NCBI GenBank assembly: GCA_030671005.1
Contig: DAOVAN010000002.1
Span: 1-45,418 of the forward strand
DNA length: 45,418 nt
Source of the DNA: a candidate division WOR-3 bacterium
GTDB taxonomy: Bacteria > Hydrothermota > Tepidihabitantia > SM23-42
Direction of reading: 5' to 3'
Shown: positions 1 through 8,409 of the stretch, one piece after another
Numbering within the stretch: position 1 is the stretch's first letter
How the letters are laid out: every line of letters starts with the position of its first letter
Translations under genes and position numbers: made by a program
The notes under the pieces: generated by a model
What the model saw: the letters and a program-made list of their open reading frames with translations, nothing else
What the model was told of the DNA's origin: nothing
Database searches by the model: none

Positions 1-372
1 CCCACCCCCCTGTAGTTGCCCAATTCATTGGGCATGTTTGATAAATCAAACAACTACGGCAAAAATTGTCTAAAGGTTCCCCGAGCCCGCCAAAACCCTT
101 AGCGGGCTCGACATACTCAATTTCACAATCGCATCACAAAACAGATGCGAGTGAAAATGGCATGGGTTAGGAAGCTTGATGAGATTCTGGATGCTCGATT
201 CAGTAATCGGATGTTAGTTTCCAGCATCTTAACCCTAACCATCCAACCATCTGGTTCAAGCATCCCAACCTTAACCCTTGGACTATCTTTATCAAGTCAC
301 CCAATTCATCAGGCCTTTGTCAGCAAAATCCAGCAAGAAGAGAATAGCATACCACTCAAAAAACCAATGTAA

Positions 373-400
373 TTGACAAAACCTGACCACACCATATAAT
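373..400 (+). promoter_or_regulatory. sigma70-type promoter for the BNR protein gene
   Basis: TTGACA at 373-378, a 16-nt spacer and TATAAT at 395-400. AGGAGG at 407-412 precedes ATG 417. Confidence 0.6.
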
Positions 401-416
401 AATGACAGGAGGAAAC

Positions 417-2096
417 ATGAAGAGATATCTGCCATTAGTGATAGTTTTATGTGTCATACCCTCAATCCATCTGCTACTTGGCTTTGAGTGGCAGCGTGAT
501 TCCGCGTACCTTAACATAAAGATCAACAATGATACGACAACCGAAGTTCAAAATGAAGAACAGATCGTCATGAACCCCAAGGATTCAACGAATCTAGTTG
601 CGGTATGGCGGGATTTCCGTGTCGGGTATCGTCAGGTTGCCTACGCGTATTCTTTTGATGGCGGTCTAACCTGGGACCAAGAGCTATTTGTCGAGCCTCA
701 GTATATCTGGGATAGTGATCCTGGTTTAACCGTTGACACTGCGGGTCATTTCTATGCCGTGATTTTATCATTCTTCACCACATCACAACCCAATGGTCTG
801 TTTGTCTACAAGTCAATTGATGGCGGGGTCAGCTGGACTGGTCCCGTGACTGTCATCAACGACGTGCAGAACGTCTTCGAGGACAAGGAACTCATCGCCT
901 GTGATCGCTCAGGTGGTCCACACACGGACAATCTTTATGTTGCGTGGACAAGATTCGGGGCAGGCACAGAGATCCTGATGTGCCGCTCCACTGATGGTGG
1001 TAGCTCGTTTGTCGACCCGGTCACGATCAGCGACGCAGGTGGTGTGCAATGGCCCGTGCCTTGCGTGGGTCCAAATAGTGAAGTATATGTTGCCTGGGTA
1101 AAGTATACTCCGGCTAGCATTCGCCTTGACCGGTCGTATGACGGCGGGCAGACTTTTGCCAGTGATTTAACGATACAAAATGTGAACGATGCTTCCAGGT
1201 TAGTGAACGGAAACATATGGGTCTTCTCTTTCCCGGCCATCGATGTCGATATCACGGGTGGTCAATACAACGGCAACCTGTATGTGGCGTACATGGATGA
1301 CTCACCAGGCTTTACTGACACTGATATGTATTTCACGCGCTCAATTGATGGCGGCACCACCTGGAGCCAGGAGGTGCGTATCAACGACGATCCCCTCAAT
1401 AACGGATGCGATCAATTCCACCCATGGCTCACAGTCGCACCCGATGGAAGTATTATCGTGGTGTTTCTTGACCGCAGGAATGACCCGGGGAATCTACTCA
1501 TGGATTTGTATATGACCACCTCAACTGATGGAGGTGATACATGGTCTCAAAATGAGCGCATCTCCACGGTTTCTTGTGACCCGACTGCAGGTTCCTCTTT
1601 TGTGGATCACATGGAGGACCCGGTAAATACAAAATTGCCGGCCATTCTTGCGAACCGCGCCGGCTTGATAGGTGAATATATCGGGGTGACCGCATCATCT
1701 ATTGATGATATTCATCCAATCTGGACTGATACCCGCATGGGCGACCAGGACGTCTTTGTCGGCGTTGCCGACACAAGCGGCACAGGTATCGACGAGTATG
1801 CACTCACGGGCATGAATTCGGGGCTATTATCGATCTCCCCGAACCCGGTCCGCGGTCAAATCGTTATCAGTATTGAGTTTCCGCAGCACATCGAACTCCC
1901 CTCAAATGCGTACTTGGCCCTGCACGATGTCAGCGGACGCCTGGTCAAAGTCCGCAAAGTCGACCTCTCCGCCACCACGCTAAGACTGCACTGGGACCTG
2001 AACCATGATGAAGAAAAGAGTCTCGGCAAAGGGGTCTATTTTTGCTCTCTTTGCTTAGGAAAGACTGTAATTTCAACAAAATTCGTGATTTTCTAA
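417..2096 (+). CDS. secreted BNR/Asp-box (sialidase-like) repeat protein with T9SS C-terminal sorting domain
   Basis: ORF 402-2096. I prefer ATG 417, which follows the AGGAGG and gives the signal peptide MKRYLPLVIVLCV. There are six SxDxGxTW-like Asp boxes (SFDGGLTW, SIDGGVSW, STDGGSSF, SYDGGQTF, SIDGGTTW, STDGGDTW). The C-terminus (SPNPVRG...LHDVSGRLV...GKGVYFCSL) looks like a T9SS type A sorting domain. Confidence 0.8.
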   Translation: MKRYLPLVIVLCVIPSIHLLLGFEWQRDSAYLNIKINNDTTTEVQNEEQIVMNPKDSTNLVAVWRDFRVGYRQVAYAYSFDGGLTWDQELFVEPQYIWDSDPGLTVDTAGHFYAVILSFFTTSQPNGLFVYKSIDGGVSWTGPVTVINDVQNVFEDKELIACDRSGGPHTDNLYVAWTRFGAGTEILMCRSTDGGSSFVDPVTISDAGGVQWPVPCVGPNSEVYVAWVKYTPASIRLDRSYDGGQTFASDLTIQNVNDASRLVNGNIWVFSFPAIDVDITGGQYNGNLYVAYMDDSPGFTDTDMYFTRSIDGGTTWSQEVRINDDPLNNGCDQFHPWLTVAPDGSIIVVFLDRRNDPGNLLMDLYMTTSTDGGDTWSQNERISTVSCDPTAGSSFVDHMEDPVNTKLPAILANRAGLIGEYIGVTASSIDDIHPIWTDTRMGDQDVFVGVADTSGTGIDEYALTGMNSGLLSISPNPVRGQIVISIEFPQHIELPSNAYLALHDVSGRLVKVRKVDLSATTLRLHWDLNHDEEKSLGKGVYFCSLCLGKTVISTKFVIF

Positions 2097-2118
2097 GCGC
2101 CAAAAACCCTGGGGACTC

Positions 2119-2146
2119 TTGACAAAAATAGAAATCTGCATAGAAT
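2119..2146 (+). promoter_or_regulatory. sigma70-type promoter with apparently leaderless start for the cNMP-binding protein gene
   Basis: TTGACA at 2119-2124, a 16-nt spacer and TAGAAT at 2141-2146. ATG 2153 lies 6 nt after the -10 and there is no SD. Confidence 0.55.
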
Positions 2147-2152
2147 CATGAT

Positions 2153-2668
2153 ATGAAAGAGCTCGGAAAGATCAAGCTTTTCAAATATCTAACGCCTCAG
2201 GAAGTAGACTGGATGCTCGTCAAATGGCAACCTCGAGAAATCCCTGAAGGAACAGTCATCATCAAAGAAGGAACAGGCGGTGAGGATATGTTCCTCATCG
2301 AATCGGGTCGTGTTGAGATTTACCTCACGAGGGGTGACGTTGTCTTATTATTGACTGAGCTCCAGGAATCGTCCTTCTTCGGAGAAATGTCGATTTTAAC
2401 AAGCAAACCGCGCTCGGCAACCGTAAAAGCAAAAACCGACGTCCGACTACTCGTCCTGAAGAAGAAGGATTTCATGGATATTGTGAATGAAAATCCAAAG
2501 GTGGCAGCAAAGTTCTTGTTGGCAATGGGGGAGGATTTCTGTAATCGAATAATCACAACAAATACAAATTTAGAAAACTTTTTCCTGATAAATCAAGCGA
2601 TAGTCGACAATAAGTCTTTCCGGGAGCTTTACATACTTGCTCATAAGGCCCCATCGTCTAGTGGTTAG
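2153..2668 (+). CDS. cyclic nucleotide-binding domain protein (stand-alone cNMP-binding)
   Basis: 171 aa with the cNMP-binding signature FFGEMSILTSKPRSATVKA plus a beta-roll region. There is no obvious output domain. The last 22 nt overlap tRNA-Glu. Confidence 0.75.
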   Translation: MKELGKIKLFKYLTPQEVDWMLVKWQPREIPEGTVIIKEGTGGEDMFLIESGRVEIYLTRGDVVLLLTELQESSFFGEMSILTSKPRSATVKAKTDVRLLVLKKKDFMDIVNENPKVAAKFLLAMGEDFCNRIITTNTNLENFFLINQAIVDNKSFRELYILAHKAPSSSG

Positions 2669-2718
2669 GACATCACTCTTTCAAGGTGGAGACACGGGTT
2701 CGAGTCCCGTTGGGGCCA
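2647..2718 (+). tRNA. tRNA-Glu (anticodon UUC)
   Basis: Hand-folded cloverleaf. Acceptor is GGCCCCA/TGGGGCC, D stem GTCT/GGAC and anticodon stem TCACT/GGTGG. The anticodon loop is CTTTCAA (anticodon TTC) and the T arm is ACGGG-TTCGAGT-CCCGT. The discriminator is A and no CCA is encoded. Confidence 0.9.
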
Positions 2719-2739
2719 TTTTTCATTAAAGGAGAGGTT

Positions 2740-4791
2740 ATGAAAAAAACAATTGTTTTCATCGCAATAATCCCATTACTCGCTTTTACCCAGGAAATAT
2801 CCTTTTTTGGTAATAGGGGTATGTTCAGGGTAAAATATGCTGAGGGCCACAAGATGGGCAAGCTCTCTTTCCATCTTAATGCCGTTGAAAGGTATCAGAA
2901 CAACCGGGTTCTGATTCAGGGCGACTCAGTTACGGACCGGAATCACTTCTTGCAGACCAGGCTCGGAATATCGTACGCGATCAATGACTTCGTCGAAACA
3001 CGGTTCCATGTAGGTCCGTTCACAAAATACTACGAGGCCAATGACTACCCTATTCAGCGGGGTGATCCGAACCCGGTCATCGGTATCAACACCTATGAGA
3101 TCGGCCTGAAACTAGGGTATCTAACGGTTGCGAATGAAGCCACACCGACCACATACGCTTTTGGCATTGACGGCTACGTCGACTTTGGGCCGGGTCTTTC
3201 AACCGAATTGTTCTCGAATGCGTTTGAGAACGACCGCGCCCTCTACGCAGACTCCTTCTACCCTCCGGATTATATCAAAACAAACACCGTGCCTCACATA
3301 CCGCATAATCCGGATTTTGGGTTTGATGCGCTCTTCGATTTCCGAACCGGGCCTTTTGCTCTTCATCTGAATGTCGGCTACCTCATCACAGGAACCGATC
3401 AGAATCCTGGATATGTCACGCCGGCAGATTTTACGCTACTCGAAAGAGACAATATCATCCCGCACGGACTCGGGATAGAACTTGGTCCGGCTAAGGATCT
3501 GAGATTCTTATTCGAAACATCAGGGTATTCGACGCCCGGAATAGATTCTACCGTCTTATGGGTGACGCCGGGTATACGATTCGGTACGACGAATGTCAGT
3601 TTTGACCTTGGCTTTCAACTCGCCGTCGTGGGTGAATGGTTCTGGAAGCCTTTCTTCAATTTCTCGGGCGGTTATGATCTGGTAGAGAAGCCGACCGTGC
3701 CCATCGCACATGTTACCGGTATAGTAACCGACGCACAAATGAATACTCCTATAGCCGGGACAATCACTTTTCCGGACACGGAAAAAGAAGCCGTTCCCAC
3801 CTCACCGGATGGTAGTTATAAGCTTTCTCTGCCTCCGGGGAGCTACCGCATTCGCGCCGATGCGCCCGAACACAGATGGCGTGAGCAGAACATCGTCCTT
3901 AAGGATGGTGATAGAATTACGCTCAACTTCCCATTGAATAAAAAGCCGATGGCTAAGGTGACCGGCAGAATATATGATGCCGAAACCAATGCACCAGTAA
4001 TCGCTAACATAACGTTTCCTCAGACTGAATTTCCTACTGCTTCGTCAGATTCAGCCGGCTTTTACAGTATAGACCTGGCACCCGGGACGTTCAGGCTTCG
4101 TGTCCTTGCCCCGAATTACCTCGCCGAAGAGAGGTTCATCGACTTGAAGGAGAATGAAACCCAGGTCACTGACATTCCTCTTCACAAGGGTGGCGTACTC
4201 ACGGGTAAGGTATCTGAATTTGAAACCGGTAAGGCATTGCTCGCACAGGTCATTTTCGTTGGCTCCCAGATCCCCAAGGCAACGACTGAAGGAGCCACGG
4301 GTATATACAAGGCCGGAGTACCACCGGGCACCTATACGGTCAGGGTCGAGGCAGCAGACTACATACCTGAGACGATACCGCTTGTCATGGGACGAGACGA
4401 GACAAGGATTCAGAATTTTGTCTTGAAGCCTGTTCCCAAGGTGGGCGAAAGAGTCGTTCTCAAGGGCATAACCTTTGACTTCAATTCCGCAGTCGTCAAG
4501 CCGATATCCTATCCCGCGCTTGATGATGCAGCGCGCGTACTCAAGGCAAAGCCCAAGATGAAGGTAGAGATCGGCGGCCACACCGACAGTGTCGGTCCTG
4601 ATGCCTACAACATGAAGCTCTCAAATGAAAGAGCGATGGCGGTCCGTGAGTACCTGATGCGCTATCATAACATAGAAACCTACCGCCTCATTGCGGTCGG
4701 GTATGGAGAAACACAATCGATTGCTGACAACCGAACAAGATCGGGTCGCGACATAAATCGACGCATCGAGTTCAAGATACTGAGTTGGTAA
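2740..4791 (+). CDS. OmpA-family outer membrane protein with CarboxypepD_reg-like repeats
   Basis: ORF 2686-4791, but that start runs through the tRNA. ATG 2740 follows AAAGGAGAGG and gives the signal peptide MKKTIVFIAIIPLLAF. There are four repeated ~80-aa beta-sandwich units (e.g. GTYTVRVEAADY). The C-terminus is an OmpA domain (ITFDFNSAVV...GHTDSVGPDAYNMKLSNERAMAVREYL). Confidence 0.85.
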   Translation: MKKTIVFIAIIPLLAFTQEISFFGNRGMFRVKYAEGHKMGKLSFHLNAVERYQNNRVLIQGDSVTDRNHFLQTRLGISYAINDFVETRFHVGPFTKYYEANDYPIQRGDPNPVIGINTYEIGLKLGYLTVANEATPTTYAFGIDGYVDFGPGLSTELFSNAFENDRALYADSFYPPDYIKTNTVPHIPHNPDFGFDALFDFRTGPFALHLNVGYLITGTDQNPGYVTPADFTLLERDNIIPHGLGIELGPAKDLRFLFETSGYSTPGIDSTVLWVTPGIRFGTTNVSFDLGFQLAVVGEWFWKPFFNFSGGYDLVEKPTVPIAHVTGIVTDAQMNTPIAGTITFPDTEKEAVPTSPDGSYKLSLPPGSYRIRADAPEHRWREQNIVLKDGDRITLNFPLNKKPMAKVTGRIYDAETNAPVIANITFPQTEFPTASSDSAGFYSIDLAPGTFRLRVLAPNYLAEERFIDLKENETQVTDIPLHKGGVLTGKVSEFETGKALLAQVIFVGSQIPKATTEGATGIYKAGVPPGTYTVRVEAADYIPETIPLVMGRDETRIQNFVLKPVPKVGERVVLKGITFDFNSAVVKPISYPALDDAARVLKAKPKMKVEIGGHTDSVGPDAYNMKLSNERAMAVREYLMRYHNIETYRLIAVGYGETQSIADNRTRSGRDINRRIEFKILSW

Positions 4792-4805
4792 TACGAATTT
4801 CGTTA

Positions 4806-4837
4806 AGAGAAAAGGGGGCGTGAGCCCCCTTTTCTCT
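4806..4837. terminator. bidirectional intrinsic terminator between convergent genes
   Basis: Hairpin AGAGAAAAGGGGG-cgtgag-CCCCCTTTTCTCT, with A/T runs on both sides so it gives a U-tract on either strand. Confidence 0.8.
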
Positions 4838-7800
4838 TATACACTCGTCCCGGCAATCTCCTGCTCTATCTTGTCCAAGTACCTTAGATTGCCAATCTTC
4901 TTGAATATCCCCTCGGCCTGGAGAAACATCTTCAATGCCTCCTTCATTCTCCCTTCTCGCTTGTAAGCTACACCCCTCAGATAGTAAATCTCACCGGATA
5001 TCTTGTTTTCGGGAAGCATTTTGACGTAACTATACGCCTTACTGTAATAAGCCTGGGCTTTAGAATATTCCTTCGCTTCAATGAGTATCCGGGCACGATA
5101 TATGAGGTTATATATTCTGTACAGCACGTTACTCTCGGTCTTGAGTTGCATCGTCATTCTTCTCACCAGTCTACTTGCCATCTTGTATTCCCCTGAGCTC
5201 AAGCAGTACTCAATCTTCTCCATCAAGCAATCGATATTCAAAAACTTAACATTTATCTGCTGAGCAACGCGGAGCGCGGTCTCAAGATGCGCCCTGCCTT
5301 TTTTCACGCTTCCCTTTTCCCGGCACAATTCACTCAGGCTCACACTGCCGAAAATGACGCCTTCATAAAACTTTATTTCCTTGGCAAGCTTCAGTGCCTG
5401 TTTGAAACTTCCGAGCGCCGGCTCGGTCATCAACCGGTTGTAACTGATCATACCCAGGTTGTTGTACAATAACACAATCGTCCTTTTTGCCCCAATCAAT
5501 TTTGCCTTAGCCAATGCCTCCAGACAGTACGCCTCTGCCTTAGGCAAATCATAGTTCGCGTACATTACCCCGAGATTGTTCAGAGTTATCAGAATGCCTT
5601 CCTGGTAACCGACTTCCTGATAGATCTTCAATGCATGATTGAAGAATTTTTCGCTCATCTTTATGTTGAACTTTCCCTGATAATTTAATCCCAGGTCTAC
5701 ATAACAAGCAGCGATATTCTTCTTGTCACCGATCGACTTCCTTATTCTCAGACTCTTCCTGAAGCATTGTTCGGCCTTGTTAAACTTGCCCAATCTCAGA
5801 AGGACAACGCCGAGTATGACATAAGTATCACCCAATGCCTGCCTGGTCATCTGCTTCTTCTTTCTCAACATATCCTCGCACTCTTTCTTGGCGTGCCCGT
5901 ATTGTCCCATTCTGGTGTAAAGCCATGCGACCGCGGCTCTGAATATGTAAACCGCACCTGTCCCTTGGGTCATGCTCATGCCTTTCTCATATTGCCTCAG
6001 ACTTCGCTTGTAATTACCCGTTTTTTCATAGATGTTCCCGAGTTTTTCATAAACACGGTAGGCATGCGGGTTAATTCTCAGACAGATTTTCAATTGTTCC
6101 AGCGACTTCTTGTAATTGCCGACTGATGAGTGTACATCGGCAAGTGAAAGGTTGATCTGAAATATATGTTCTATGTTATCTTCGTATTTCAGCGCCGACT
6201 CATAGAACTTGATGGCCAGACTATGGGCATAGTTATCCTTAGCCTTGGAGGCTGCCTTTTTTGAATAGAGTAATGCTTTAGACCCGTTACGCGCAAGGGC
6301 AAAATGATGCGCCAGTTGTTCGTAGTAATTCAAAATAACATTCTGAAACATCATCTCAATAGCCTCGCCCACAACTTCATGATAGCGCAACACATCACCA
6401 CGCGCGATGTTTTTATAAACAATCTGGCGTACTACGTCTTCGGAAAAGAAATATGTATCCGCAGTCCTACTCTTTATGCAACCTAACCTGGTCAATTCGT
6501 CCAAGGCTTCCAGGATCTGACCAACATTACGTTTACTGGCAATGGCAATAATATCGGGCGTGAACTCCTGGCCAAATACTGCAGCGATCTCGAGAAACGC
6601 CCTCACCTCGCGGTCGAGCAGTCCGATTTTTCTCTTTACTGTCTCCTCAATTGTCGAAGGGACAGATACCGTCATGCTCTTCACAAAAACCCATTCCTGA
6701 CCACTCCAGTACAACTTCCTGCGGCGATAGAATTCCATTAGAATCTCTTCGATGAAGAAGGGGTTACCCCCGCTCTCGTGATATACAGACTTGGCCACCG
6801 CAACCGGTACCGTGCCCATGATGGCTTCCAGCAACTGATTGGCTTGAATCTCATTCAAGGGAGAAAGGCTTATCTGCGTGTAGAGCCGCTCCCTGGCCCA
6901 AATACCCCAATAGTCGGCAAGGGGAGAACCCTTCATTTCTTCAACACGGTATGTCCCAAAAATCTTGAGATTCTGTTTAATACTACGCATGAGAAAATCG
7001 AGCAGCTCGCAACTCGGTCTATCTGCCCAATGCAAATCATCGAAGAGGAGTAGTGTCGTTCCTGGGTATACGGTCTCTGACAATTTCACGAGGAATTCAC
7101 TCACCGCATGATAAAGGCGATACTTATCTAATTCCTCGGCTTGCATGGCACGAAGAATTCCTTCTGCAGGCAGCAATTTGGTCAGTTCCGACTGATATAT
7201 CTCATCCATCCTCTTAACCGTGGACTGCACTAACGAAAAATCTTTATTTATCAATTCGCTGAACATATTCTTGAACGGGTGATACGCAACTGATGAGAGA
7301 GCTTCGTATGCATTACCCCTCGACAATATTTGGGTGTTTAAGCGGTCCTTTATTTCAAGAACAAGACGCGTCTTGCCTATGCCTACTTCACCAGCGATAA
7401 AAATCGTGTGATGGTCTCTGAGCTGACCCAAACACCAATTTGTCTCATCATCACGACCGATTGTTATTGGTGAAGGAAGCCGCAACCTCTTGATAGCCTC
7501 ATGCTTCACGCCGATGCGGTTCTTGCCCTGCCGTTTGGCTTGATACATCAGGTTATCAGCATGGCTTAGGAGCGTGTCTGCCTTCGTAGCGTCGTCAGGA
7601 AACACGGAAAACCCTATACTACAGTGTATGCTGTGTGTACGCAGTTCGGTGGCATTCAGTGCATTAATGATCCTCTGGCCGAGTTCGAGTACTCCTTTTG
7701 CGTGACTGTTGGGCATGAGCACGATGAACTCATCACCGCCGTAGCGCACAACGTTATCAACTTCCCGGATGTTGGCGCCCAAGAATTCGGCAAACTTCAC

Positions 7801-7986
7801 CAGAACTCTATCACCCTCGAGATGCCCGAAGTCGTTGTTGATGTTACGGAAATCATCGATGTCGAGAAGCATCAACGAGAATTTTGTATCAAACCGGTTG
7901 GCGCGCTTCGTTTCATTTTCAATCCAGGGATACATGTATCGCCGGTTGTAACAACCGGTCAAATCATCACGGTATATTTCCTTCAT
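4837..7986 (-). CDS. GGDEF diguanylate cyclase fused to an AAA_16/STAND-type NTPase and a long TPR array
   Basis: 1049 aa. The N-terminal GGDEF domain is intact (RYGGDEF) and has an RxxD I-site 5 residues upstream (REVDNVVRYGGDEF). Walker A is GEVGIGKT and the Walker B-like motif is LLLFDDLHWAD. The C-terminal ~450 aa are TPR-like repeats. Confidence 0.8.
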   Translation of the reverse strand: MKEIYRDDLTGCYNRRYMYPWIENETKRANRFDTKFSLMLLDIDDFRNINNDFGHLEGDRVLVKFAEFLGANIREVDNVVRYGGDEFIVLMPNSHAKGVLELGQRIINALNATELRTHSIHCSIGFSVFPDDATKADTLLSHADNLMYQAKRQGKNRIGVKHEAIKRLRLPSPITIGRDDETNWCLGQLRDHHTIFIAGEVGIGKTRLVLEIKDRLNTQILSRGNAYEALSSVAYHPFKNMFSELINKDFSLVQSTVKRMDEIYQSELTKLLPAEGILRAMQAEELDKYRLYHAVSEFLVKLSETVYPGTTLLLFDDLHWADRPSCELLDFLMRSIKQNLKIFGTYRVEEMKGSPLADYWGIWARERLYTQISLSPLNEIQANQLLEAIMGTVPVAVAKSVYHESGGNPFFIEEILMEFYRRRKLYWSGQEWVFVKSMTVSVPSTIEETVKRKIGLLDREVRAFLEIAAVFGQEFTPDIIAIASKRNVGQILEALDELTRLGCIKSRTADTYFFSEDVVRQIVYKNIARGDVLRYHEVVGEAIEMMFQNVILNYYEQLAHHFALARNGSKALLYSKKAASKAKDNYAHSLAIKFYESALKYEDNIEHIFQINLSLADVHSSVGNYKKSLEQLKICLRINPHAYRVYEKLGNIYEKTGNYKRSLRQYEKGMSMTQGTGAVYIFRAAVAWLYTRMGQYGHAKKECEDMLRKKKQMTRQALGDTYVILGVVLLRLGKFNKAEQCFRKSLRIRKSIGDKKNIAACYVDLGLNYQGKFNIKMSEKFFNHALKIYQEVGYQEGILITLNNLGVMYANYDLPKAEAYCLEALAKAKLIGAKRTIVLLYNNLGMISYNRLMTEPALGSFKQALKLAKEIKFYEGVIFGSVSLSELCREKGSVKKGRAHLETALRVAQQINVKFLNIDCLMEKIEYCLSSGEYKMASRLVRRMTMQLKTESNVLYRIYNLIYRARILIEAKEYSKAQAYYSKAYSYVKMLPENKISGEIYYLRGVAYKREGRMKEALKMFLQAEGIFKKIGNLRYLDKIEQEIAGTSV

Positions 7987-7995
7987 CTCCTAACT

Positions 7996-8024
7996 ATTAT
8001 ATTCATCGAGTAAACCAAAGTCAA
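7996..8024 (-). promoter_or_regulatory. sigma70-type promoter for the GGDEF-AAA-TPR gene
   Basis: On the minus strand: TTGACT (8024-8019), a 17-nt spacer and TATAAT (8001-7996). ATG at 7986 is 9 nt after the -10. Confidence 0.55.
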
Positions 8025-8409
8025 CTAACACCCCGAAACTGAACAAGAAGGTTGCGTCATACGGTTGCGAGGCCCGCCCCGTAGAATAACAACACTTCTG
8101 AAATGCCGAAAACCTCCACAAAAGGCACGCAACCAAAGAAAAGGAAGACAACCCAAAAGAAAAGTCAATTCAACGGGGCCCGTATCGTCTGGTGTCCTTC
8201 GGTTACGGTTTTTTTTCGTCGAACGTAACCGCTCAACGTCTCCGTGTCTCCAGCACCAAATTCAAAACCATTTTGGTCATTGGGGTTTAGAATTTATGAT
8301 TTGTTTAGAGATTCGTGCTTAGAATTTCGTATTTCCCGTGTTGGGTAACCTTCAGGCTTGTGAAAACGTGTTAAAAGTTAGAAAAGTATAGGTCTGTGCC
8401 AACACGGGA

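Noticed and set aside
145-372. 75-aa ORF upstream of the BNR gene
   Set aside because: It has no SD, its composition is low-complexity and Ser/Leu/Thr/Pro-rich, and it sits in the promoter-proximal region. No family is recognised.
2686-2739. Upstream extension of the OmpA-family ORF (METRVRVPLGPFFIKGEV)
   Set aside because: It is a translation of the 3' half of tRNA-Glu. ATG 2740 has a proper SD and gives a signal peptide.
8065-8322. 85-aa ORF in the macB-GGDEF spacer
   Set aside because: Its Arg/Lys/Pro-rich sequence derives from an A-rich tract. It has no SD and runs through hairpins and a T8 run. The region is treated as non-coding.
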